A DNA stretch of 64,000 nucleotides from Glaucostegus cemiculus (lineage: Eukaryota), in contig CDPCPM010000005.1 in NCBI GenBank assembly GCA_976551045.1, positions 17,484,001 to 17,548,000 of the forward strand, in the 5' to 3' direction. The notes beneath the pieces were generated by a model. That model saw only the letters and a list, made by a program, of their open reading frames with translations. It was not told where the DNA came from and did not search any database. Shown here in pieces: positions 36,901 to 48,900 of the stretch. The position numbers and the translations under genes are program-made. Each line of letters starts with the position of its first letter. Position 1 is the stretch's first letter.

Positions 36901-39900
36901 AACTGCAACAAGGCACACAACCTCAGTTGCAAGCCAAACTAATGAGAGTCAAATAGTAAAATGACTTTGCTAACAGAAAGCCACAAAAGAGAGGTTTGTA
37001 CAATACAGAAGTTGATGAGAACCAGGATGAAGAGTGAGGATTACCCAACATGTGGAAAATGCAGCAACTTCAAAAAAAAAAGTAATACAAAAGTCGATTA
37101 TGGGCATAACAGCTGCTTGGGTCAAAGCCCTGCAATCCTATCATATTGAGAAGTGAGTAATCAGGTGCAATTAAATGACTAACAGGATTCCAGCATCTGC
37201 AGTGCATTGTCTATCCCTTGCAGTGCTGGATTCAAGAAGGCACCAAAATTACACACAGTTTTAAGACAGACTCTTGAACACAACAACACAATCACTAAAA
37301 GTCTCACTTGACCTTCTGGTTTCTGAATTTGTAACTTTCGAACAGGTATACTCACTTACAATATTATTTTCCCCTGTTGATTATCCCCACCCGCTCTACA
37401 CAAGAAATGAAGAGCTCACGGGCTTTATCAGAAACGCTAAGTTTCCCGACATAACACAATTATGTCTGAGCTGCCATCTTGCAATAGCTCTCACGTTAAC
37501 TGTTATTAGGCTTAACTCAACAAACCACTTACATTTCTTTATGTCTCCTATGTTCAAGTGCTACACAATGAAGTCACTTTAGTCGGGAGTTTTCAGACTC
37601 ACATTACTACCTTAAGAGTACAGTTAATTGATGTCTTAGATAACCATAGCATCAAGCTGTTTCTGCTCTGTCCTCACCGCCTGTTAGGTTCCTAGCCTCT
37701 ATTGAAGAAAGGTACAGGGTGCACAAATAATACACAAGAAACAACTCTAAAAAGCACGTCTGATGTATTTGAGTTTCTTCTCAGATTACATACAATGAAA
37801 CATGTATAATCTAACACATCCATGACCTCAAGCATATTTACACAGGTTACTAAATTGTAATCATTAAAAGTGGCCTGTATTTTTTTCTCCTCTGCTTTGA
37901 ACCAAGTTTAACACGCTTCCTGTCGCTCTGCTAGGCGGTGATGATGCGGGACCTTGCTGATTTTTTTTGGTCTCAATTTGTATTAGTACTAGTTCTCTAA
38001 CAAGGTGATGGTATTTAATTCCTGCCTTTTTTTTGTTGTATCTTCTACCTTAAACTGATATTTTGCATCATTCTTTAACTCCTGCCATTTTCATGACTAT
38101 TTTCTAAACTTAGTTTCTAGGAAGCCGGTGTTCACCCTGACTTCTCACTTTAAGAAACTTTTATTGTTACTTTTTATTTCACACTAGTTGCTTCTCTCAA
38201 TTTAAGTCCCCCTATGCTTAATTTCAAATTTATCCCAATCTTCGGGCCTACCACCTACCGTTTGCCACCTTGCGTGTTTTCTCATTGAACAGAATATCCT
38301 CTTTAACTTCCTAACTTGGCTATCCTTTGTTCACTTTCCTCCCTCCTAGTCTATCTGTTCCCTCCCACACACCACTTTAGAATCTTTCATCCTCATTGTG
38401 ATATAATTTTATTGGCAGTATGAATTATATCCTTGAACGTTTGCTTGTACTTGTCTGTTTTCTTACCTGCTAAGCTATTTTCCAGTCCACTTTGGCCAAC
38501 TCTTTCCTCCTTCCTTTCTAATTCCCTTAAGTGTAACACAATTGTTTCAGATCCAAGTTGCTGACTCAGGCTGTGCCCTGATTTCATTTTTTATGGCTCC
38601 CATTTCCAATTTTATGAATCCAATGCACTTGAAGATTGGAGTCACCTTTGATTAATGCACTACTCGCCAAATTATTTTTTTTAAGTTCTACTCTTTCTTA
38701 CTGTGTGACTACTGTGGGAGGTCATGTCTTACAAACTTAATTGAGATTTGAGGAAGTGGTGAAGATTAGGGTAGTGGATGTTGTCTACATTGACTTTGGG
38801 AAAGCATTCAACAAGGACCCTCATGGTAGGCACATAGGATCAACAGAGGCTCAATAGATTAGATTCAAAATCGGCTTAGCTATAGAAGACAGGGTTGTGA
38901 TGGACGGGTGGTATTCTGACTGGAGGTCTATGCCCAGTGGTTCCACAGGTATACTTGCATCTATTGGTTGGGATATTGAATATAAAAGTTGGGAAATCAT
39001 GTTTCAGCAAAATATAATTAATTAGGCTACATTTAGAGCATTGTAGCTGTTCTGGTCGCTGCATTACAGGGAAGATGTGAAGGTTCCGGAGGATTGGAGG
39101 GTTGCGGATGTTGTGCCCTTAGTCAAGAAGGGGAATAGGGATAGCCTGGGGAATTATAGACCGGTGAGTCTTACCTCAGTGGTTGGTAAGCTGATGGAGA
39201 GGATCTTGAGAGGCAGGATTTATGAACATTTGGAGAGGTATAGTATGATTAGGAATAGTCAGCATGGCTTTGTCAAGGGCAGGTCCTGTCTTACGAGTCT
39301 GATAGAATTTTTTGAGGAGGTGACTAAGCACGTCAATGAAGGGAGAGCGGTAGATGTAGTGTATATGGATTTCAGCAAGGCATTTGATAAGGTGCCCCAT
39401 GCAAGGCTTGGAGAAGGTGAGGAGACATGGGATCCAAGGGGACATTGCGGTGCGGATTCAGAATTGGCAGGCCCACAGAAGGCAAAGAGTGGTTGTTGAA
39501 GGGTCGTATTCTGAGTGGAGGTCGGTGACCTCCGGTGTAACTCAGGGATCTGTGCTGGGACCCTTACTGTTTGTCATTTTTATAAACGACCTGGATGAGG
39601 AAGTGGAGGGGTGGATTATTAAGTTTGCGGACGACACGAAGGTTGGTGGTGTTGTGGATAGTTTTGAGGGCTGTCAGAGGTTGCAGAGGGACATAGATAG
39701 GATGCAGAGTTGGGCTGAGAAGTGGCAGATGCAGTTCAACCCAGATAAGTGTGAAGTGGTTCATTTTGGTAAGTCGAATATGTTGGCGGAATATAGTATT
39801 AATGGTAGGACTCTTGGCAGTGTGGAGGATCAGAGGGATCTTTGGGTCTGAGTCCATAGGACGCTCAAGGCGGCTGCGCAGGTTGACTCCGTGGTTAGGA

Positions 39901-42900
39901 AGGCATTTGGTGTATTGCCCTTCATCGGTCAAGGGATTGAATTTAGAAGTCGGAGGTATTGCTTCAGTTGTATAGGTCCCTGGTCAGACCCCACCTGGAG
40001 TATTGTGTTCAGTTTTGGTCACCTCACTACAGGAAGGATGTGGAAGCAATAGAGAGGGTGCAGAGGAGGTTTATGAGGATGCTGCCTGGAATGCAGAGCA
40101 TGCCTTATGAGAGCAGGTTGAGGGAACTCTGCCTCTTCTCCCTGGAGAGGAGGAGGATGAGGGGTGACCTTATAGAGGTATATAAGATGATGAGAGGTAT
40201 TGATTGGGTAGATAGTCAGAGGCTTTTCCCCAGGGCTCAAATGGTGGCCACAAGAGGACATAGGTTTAAGGTGCTGGGGAGTAGATAATAGAGGAGATGT
40301 CAGGGGTAAGTTTTTTACACAGAAGTAATATTTAAGAGGTATTTAGACAGGCACATGAACAGGCAAGGGATGGAGGGATATGGAGCATACACAGGCAAAT
40401 GAGACTAATTTAAATTGGTGTGTTTGGCACAGACATCGTGGTCTGAAGGGCTTGTACCTGTGCTGTACTGTTCTATGTCTGGGGCCCTGTTCACAACTCC
40501 TACTTCTGTCTTCTTTCCCTTGCTTTTTTTTACATCCACTCTAAGGGATTCACAAGATCACAAGATAATGGAGCAGAAGCAGGCCACTCGGCCCATCGAG
40601 TCTGCTCCAAAGGGAAGGGAGGGTGGGGAAAAAAGAGGGAAAAAGAGGATGAAAAAGAATGAGAAAAAAAAACTATTCTAACTCCAAATTCCTGCCTTAT
40701 CTCCATATCCCTTGATACCTCGACCAATTAGATATCTTATCTATTTCCTTCTTGAATATCCCCAATGATCTGGCCCCCACTGCTATCTGTGGTAAGGAGT
40801 TCCACAGGTTCACCACCCTCTGGCTAAAGAAATTCCTCCTTATCTCTATTTTGAACCTGCTTCCTCTAATTCTAAGGTTGTGCCCTCTAGTCCTGGACTC
40901 CCCCACCAAGGGAAACAGCTTGACCACATTCACTTTGTCCATTCCTTTCAACATCTTGTACATTTCTATTAGGTCTCCTCTCATGCTTCTGTACTCCAAC
41001 GAGTACAGTCCAAGTGCCGACAGTCGCTCATCATATGTAAGCCTTTTCATCCCAGGAATCATCCTAGTAAATCTCCTCTGAACCCTCTCCAACATCAGCA
41101 CATCCTTCCTAAGATATGGGGCCCAAAACTGTACACAGTACTCTAAATGAGGCCTCACCAGTGCCCCGTATAGCCTCATCAACACTTCCTTGCTTTTATA
41201 TACTATACCCCTCGAAATAAATGCCAACATAGCATTCGCTTTCCTTACCGCCGATCCAACCTGGTGGCTAACCTTTAGGTTATCCTGTACGAGCACCCCT
41301 AAGTCCCTTTGTACTTCTGTACTTCCAATTTTATCTCCTTCTAGATAATAGTCTGCCCGTTTATTTCTACTTCCGAAGTGTACAACAACACATTTTTCCA
41401 TGTTGAACCTCATCTGCCATTTCCTCGCCCATTCTCCTAGACTATCCAAGTCTCTCTGTGTAACTTTCCTGTCTCTTCACTACTCTCCACTCCTCCCCCA
41501 ATCTTAGTGTCATCCGCAAACTTAGCCACAAACTCATTTACTCCTTCATCTAAATCATTAATATATAAGGTAAAAAGAAGGGGCCCCAACACCGACCCCT
41601 GCGGAACACCACTAGTAACCGGCAGCCAACCAGAACAGGAACCTTTTATTCCCACCCTCTGCTTCCTGCCATCCAGCCAACGCTCCACCCATTCTGTTAT
41701 CCTGCCTGTTATTCCGTGATCTCTCATCTTACTAATTAGTCTTTTGTGCGGCACCTTGTCGAATGCCTTCTGAAAGTCTCAATACTCTACATCTACGGCC
41801 TCTCCCTTGTCCACCCTGCCTGAGATTTCTTCAAAAAACTCCAATAAGTTGGTCAGGCAGGATCTTCCCTTCACGAACCCATGTTGACTAGGACCTATCT
41901 TGCCTTGCACCTCCAGGTATTCCATCACCTCGTCCTTGAGGATCGATTCTAATATCTTCCCCACCACAGATGTAAGACTGATAGGTCTGTAATTTCCTTT
42001 ATGCTGTCTCCCACCTTTCTTATACAACGGAACTATATTTGCGACCCTCCAGTCCTCTGGAACCACGCCAGCGTCTATCGATTCCTGAAAAATTATCACT
42101 AATGCCTCCACTATCTCTAAAGCTACTTCCTTCAGTACCCGGGAGATGTATTTCATCTGGTCCTGGAGACTTATCAGTCTTTAACCCATTTAGCTTCCCC
42201 AACACTTTCTCTCTAGTAATCTTAACTGAACTCAGTTCTGTCCCTCGAGACCCTTGATTAACTGGTATATTGTTAATGTCTTCCACCGTGAAGATCGACA
42301 CAAAATACTGATTTAGCACCTCCGCCATCTCTTTATCATCCATAATAATCTCTCCCGCACCATTATCTATTGGTCTTATATCAACCCGCGTTTCTCTTTT
42401 ACTCCTTATATATTTAAAAAAACTCTTAGTATCCTTTCGAATGTTCTCTGCCAATTTCATTTCATAATTTCTCTTTTCTTTGCTAATGACCTTCTTAGTT
42501 TCTTTCTGTAGGTTCTTAAAAGTTTCCCAGTCATCTGTTTTCCAACTTCTTCTTGCTTCCTTGTATGCCCTCCCTTTTGCTCTTATTTTAGCTTTCACCT
42601 CTCTCGTTATCCACATTTGTGTCCTATTTCCATTTAAAACCTTTTTTTCTTGGAATGTATCTATCCTGCATTTTCCTTATTTCTTGCTGAAATTCCTCCC
42701 ATTTTTGTTCTGCCGTCCCTCCAGCAAGCTTATATTTCCAATCAATCTGGGCCAACTCTTCTCTCATCCTTCTGTAATTCCCCTTGTTCCACTGAAATGT
42801 CGATACTCCAGTCATCAGCTTCTCATTTTCAAATTTCAATCTGAACTCAATCATATTATGGTCACTAGTTCCTAATGGTTCCTTTACCCTTAGTTCTCTA

Positions 42901-45900
42901 ATCACCTCCGGTTCATTGCATAACACCCAATCCAAAACAGCCGATCCCCTGGTGGGCTCATCAACAAGTTGCTCCAAAAAGCTGTCCCGTAAACATTCAA
43001 CGAACTCGCTCTCCTGAGAACTGCTGCCTTGCTGGGTTTCCCAGTCCACCTTCATGTTAAAGTCACCCATAATTATCTTAACATTGTCACTCTGACATGC
43101 CTTTTCTATCTCTAGCTGCATCTTATGGTCTACCTCCTGATTGCTATTAGGGGGCCTATATATAACAGCTACAACTGTCCTCTTACTCTTGCTATTCCTT
43201 AGCTCCACCCATAAAGTTTCCACCTCACCTGACCTAATGTCCTTCCTTTCTATTGATTTTATCTCATTACTAACCATCATGGCCACACCACCCCCTCTAT
43301 CTACCCGCCTATCCTTCCTATACACTGTGTACCCCTGGATATTGAGCTCCCAGTCACATCCATCATAAAGCCACGACTCAGTGATTGCCACAATGTCGTA
43401 TTTGTTAATCTGCAGCTGTGCTACTAGGTCATCTACCTTTTTCCTAATGCTACGTGCATTTAAATATAATACCTTTAGTTCGTTATCCACTGTTGATTTT
43501 GTTGTGCCTCCATTTTTCAGCAACTTATCCATAATTTTCATTTCCCCATCCTTCTTTCCATCCTGACTGCTCACTGTCATGGACTTCTTTCTATTTGCCT
43601 CCACCTCTAGTCTAACATCCTGTGTCCTAGCAGCCTCATTTACTGTACTACTATCGTTCAGCATGTTACCCTGATTAATCACTTGCCTGTCCGTCTTGCC
43701 ATCCTTATCACACACTATCTTGGACCTGTTTTTTTTAATCTCCTGCCTTTCTCTATCATCTTTTACCCTAATATCCTGGGTCCCATCCCCCTGCTTGATT
43801 AGCTTAAACCTTCCCCAACAGCTAAGTTAAACATTCCCGCCAGGACTTTGGACCCTCTTGAGTTTAGGTGTAACCCATCCTTGCAGAATAGGTCCTCCCT
43901 CCCCCAAAAAAGGTCCCAATGGTCCAGGAATCTGAAGCCCTGCCCCCTGCACCAGTCACTAAGCCACGCATTCATTTTCCATATCTTTCTGTTCCTGCTA
44001 CTACTTGCGCGTGGCACAGGCAGCAATCCTGAGATTACCACCTTCTCCTCAACTTCCTTCCTAACTCTCTGTATTCCTCCTTCAGGACCCCTTCTCCTTT
44101 CTTGCCTACGTCATTGGTGCCTACATGTACCAAGACCTCTGGCTGCTCTCCCTCTCCCCTCAGAATATTCTGGAACCGGTTTGTGATATCCCCTACCCCG
44201 GCACCAGGGAGGCAACACACCATCCGGGATACATTGTCGGTCTCACAGAATTTACTATCTGTACCCCTCACTATCGAATCTCCTATAACCACTATATTGT
44301 TCTTCCCCCCCCCCCCCGACCACAGTACCAGGCGCGGTGCCAATGTCCCGGTTGCCATGATCTTCTTCTGTCGGGTCATCCTCTCCAACGGATTCTGCAC
44401 CTTATGTGTGTGCACATGTGTGTCAGAGTAGCTGTGCATCTTTCACAACTGGATTTATTTCCTCCCCTATTAGTAAAACTACTCCACCACCTATTCTTTC
44501 CTTCCTGTCCTTATCAAAGGTCAAATACCCCCTAATATTGAATTCCCAGCTTTGACTTCCTTGTAACTATTGCCTCTGTAATGGTAATCAGGTCACAACT
44601 TTTGTCCATCGATTTTGGTTGTTTTGGATACTATGCACTGAGATATACACGTCTTAATTTGACCTCTAACAATTTTCCTAAACCCATCTGTGGGGTCTAT
44701 AGTGAGGTATCTGGGCTCATTTATGAATAATAACTATTTCACTGCCACTCTGAAGGAGTGTGGTCAAACAAAAGTACTACTCAACAGCTTGGAGATTTTT
44801 TCCACGTGTCCTTTTGGATCATGCTTTCTTGGTGCTTAATTTCTGATGTAAACTTTGTAAAATAATAGATTACTCAAACATTACTTATTGTTGTTTCTCC
44901 ATCAGTTTCAATGTTATTTTTATTTTTCCCTTTAGAGCCCCACAGCTACCCCTTAGATACTTTGCTGCAATATTACCAGTGCAACCGACAGGATGAACAC
45001 ACTTCATCCAGTGACTTTGGGGCACCAGTTCCTCCTTTTGGCTGTTCGTGGTCCACAGGTAAATTGGACAACCCTATGCTTGTAGTGAACATTGATGATG
45101 TATATTCTTATGGCATGTCATTGATAAAATTGCTTCCATCAAATACATCTCGCTCAGAGGTTGAAAAGCATTAGTTAGAATCTCAATGCAATTTACAATT
45201 ATTGAAGTGCGAAGCTGTAAGTTTGATTACCACACATGCTATAGCCTGATTATCCAAAACAAACAACCAGTGCATCAGATGTTGCTTAATATATTGAGGG
45301 GAATAATGAAGCAAAATTAACGACATAATTTGAATAACTGATATGTTTTAAAATTAAGTACCCAACTTCCTATAGTTACACTGATGAATTTAATTTGTGA
45401 ACCAGATGGATTCAATAAGTAATGAGAAATTGTGGCATTATTTGATACTTAAGTTTTTCAATTGTAATACTCAGATATGCAACTGATAGTCCACACTTTT
45501 GAGAAATTATTTGGTTAACATTGGAGTTTATTATCTACCATCCAACCAGAAGAACTTTGTTAAAATTGTGCAAAGGCAGCCCCACCAAGGAGGCACAATG
45601 AAATCCTAATTTCTATTGGTACAAAATTGGAAGATGCCTCCCTGTTTTTTATTGAGTTCAGGTTTGCTTTTTATGTAAAACAAAAATTGATATTGCTAAT
45701 ACCTTGAGTACTTTATCCTGAAACCTTTATTTCTTTACAGCAGAGCAGTTACAGTGGGTCCTTGCAGTTGTAAATGAAGAAGGTATGGTTAGGTTATACG
45801 ATACTGAATGCCGTAACAAGAAGGATCCAATTTTTAGAGGTGTGCCAACATTTTGTTTCCTTGATTGTCTTAACATTTTTGATGGAGATGTATCTAAATA

Positions 45901-48900
45901 TTTGTCATGTTAAGAAACTAAACATTCCACATTTAAAAAAAATCTAATCATTTATAAACACTTTATTTATAACATTTGGTAAGGAGGTATCTAAAAGCAC
46001 TTGAGATGCTTTGTCATTCTATCCATCATACACATTATCCAGGTTCCCACTCATTCTTTTATTGTTCTCCTGTATACGAAGGAAAGCATTTTCTCTCAGT
46101 TCTTCCACTCTGGCACTGCTCCCAGTTCACAGTTAAGTCTAGATGTAATTTTAAAGTAGATGGATTAGCTATGCGTGCAAGAACTAATTGCCATGCTGGT
46201 AGGAATATTATAGACCCCTTAAGGACATAAAGTTCAGGAATCGGGGGAGAAAAAGGTCTCAACTCATTGGGCCAGTGCCTTGCATAGTTCATCTGTGACT
46301 ACAGCATTATAAATAATTCTGAATGATATTTATTCTAGAATACCTTGATTGTGTGTTAAATTGTAGAACAGAGTTAACTCAAAGAAAACTGGATAACCTA
46401 CTGTTTTTTGAATAATATATATCATCAAGATGTATATTGTCTGCCTATGAAAACAACAAAACATCTAGAAACCTAAAATCTTAATTCCCATTTATTATAA
46501 ATGATAAAATCTTAATTTACATTGCTACCTGCAGACTTTTTCTTGCATGTCCAAGTGGAATAGTTTAATCCATTTCATTAGCCTTGTCTTTGAGAGCTCA
46601 TTTAGTGTCAAAACTTTTTTTTTCCCATTTTGCCCAATTAGCTGATTCAAATTGAGTACTTTGTGATAGTGCATAACCTGTTGCATTCTTTCAGGTACTT
46701 CAAACTCTGTTCAAAGCATTTGCTGCAGTATTTTCATTGAAGTTTCATGTAAAATATCTACATGTGACACACGGTTATATCAGGCTGTTTGGCATTTCCA
46801 AAAATGCTTTCAACATGAGAAATGTGCTGTTCATTGTTTAATTATAGTATTTCAAACTCATTCTTTATAACAAAATAGCAAACAGTGAAAATACACCCAC
46901 CACATTACTCCAATATCCTAACTGACGTCAAAATGCTCCAAGTGGAAGTTAAGTTTGGAAGAATATAATTGTTATTTTTAGCTGTCATTTCAGTGGACAA
47001 TTTTGTTTCATCAACATTCTAATGGTAGTACAATGTCTGGTTATTAGCCTGCTCTTTAATCTCTAAATTAGATTTTCCTTCCCCCCCCCCATTTTTTCAG
47101 GATGGTTGGCTCACAACAATGCTGTATTTGACCTTGCTTGGGTTCCAGGAGAACCAAAATTAGTAAGTACTCCCTGTGTTTGATAGTACATTCCTTAACT
47201 AAACCAGACTAAGGTGATTGTGCTGATAAAAATCTTTGCTGTTAATGTGTTTAATTTTGAAGGTTACAGCTTCAGGAGATCAAACTGCAAAGCTCTGGGA
47301 TGTGAAAATGAGTGAGCTCCTTGGCACATTTAAAGGCCACCAGTGCAGCCTCAAGTCTGTGGCATTTGGAAAGCAGGAAACAGGTACCCTGTACAATTTC
47401 TTCAAGCTTTGTAGAGTATTATTGGTTCTAATTGAAGAATTATAGGTTCTAATTTTACCTCTTTATTTTTTCTAAAGCTGTTTTTTGTACTGGTGGAAGA
47501 GATGGTAATATAATGGTCTGGGATACCCGCTGCAGTAAGAAAGGTATGAATTCTACATAAATTGTGAGATGAACATATTTTGTAAAGAATTCAAATTATT
47601 CAACGAACTTTATTTTGGAATTATTGCAGAGTTACTGCATTACCTTTTGAGTTTAATCTTGTCTTTAATTCCTTTTGCATCCCAGTCATTTGTCACATTC
47701 TGCAATGCATCCTCACCCAGGGCCTGAAGAGAACTGATCAGAAACTGAGAGCATTGGTAACATTTACCCTCCTCTGCAGATCAATTCATGATATATTGAA
47801 ACCAAGATAGAAAATTAAAAATGTGGACACTGCTTACTCATTATTTTCTGATACACAAGCATTTGCCTCAAAATCAGTCTAACATTTTTCTTGGAAAATG
47901 GTGCCACGATCAAATCATTGTTATTACTGCCAACACAGCAGTCCAGTTGTTTGGTATGGGACAGGGCTCGTGGCTATGATGGTGCAGGATGATCACTAGA
48001 GGAACTGAGGACTTACAAACGGAGTAGTGAATTTAAATAAAGAGCAATTCTCATAACAATTACCATTCATCAGATTTGATTCCTTAATCAAGATGCATAT
48101 TCAGGATAACCATTTCAATAAAATTCTATAAATGATGTATTTTATCTCTACTGGTTATTTTTTAAAAAATTAAACTTCTTTTTAGATTGTCTGAACTTGG
48201 TTTGAGATAAGTATGCCATAACAGGTTTCTAATTTGTGCAGAAAATTCCCAAGAAGCCATAAATGTTTCATCCATATGAGAAACTGGAGGAATTCCTGAT
48301 GTTGTAGGAATGGTTATTTTTAAGTTGAAAGTCGAACCAGAGGGCTTAGAAGGAGCTTTTGTCTGCACCTGGCTTTGGTATTGACAGTCTTGAAGTGTGA
48401 TGCTGATGCTGACTGAGAGTGCCTTTTGATCTGATCTTGGTGGAAAAAATTCACCTTAAAAACATCCACAATTTTTGTTTGTAAGCTGGGACTGACACTG
48501 TGTTGCATTGCATTAATATGACTTTTCTGGAAGATACTGCAAAAACTCTTTAAGATGTAAGTTAACAACAAAATGCATTTTATTTCCAAATAAACTCAAC
48601 ATAGCTGGTGTATGGCTGAGTATTTAGGGTCAGGTCAACTATTCTTGTTTCCAGGGTACAGTTCATAATTTGCTTTCTTTCTCCTGGTTTATATATAATT
48701 CTGTCAGCGAAGGGTATGAAATGTAGACTCGCTTTAAGCAACAAATTCCAGAGCTTCAGGGAAAATGCAGATGAGTTGTCTCTTTGAAGGGGGCAGCACA
48801 GGCAAAAACACCAAAATGGCTTTTTTGCGCTGCACAATTTGGACCCCCAGCACCTTCTTTTTTAAAATCTTGCAGTCTGGCTACTGGCACCCTTGTACTT

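Larger units (their letters stand above)
34596..36960 (+). mobile_element. Decayed Gypsy-type LTR retrotransposon 5' part (LTR, PBS-like, gag), split by Penelope
   Basis: CCAACA|TGCGGCGAGG (LTR end plus PBS-like) at 35071-35086; gag remnants [37 protein letters not shown], then [21 protein letters not shown] and Zn-knuckle-like GGHPPQ..FRADK*CNCNKAH; LTR start uncertain. Confidence 0.65.
37990..44680 (-). mobile_element. Old CR1 endonuclease region split into three pieces (44396-44680, 40481-40551, 37990-38716)
   Basis: Pieces rejoin as [30 protein letters not shown], matching the [26 protein letters not shown] segment of the young CR1. Confidence 0.7.
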
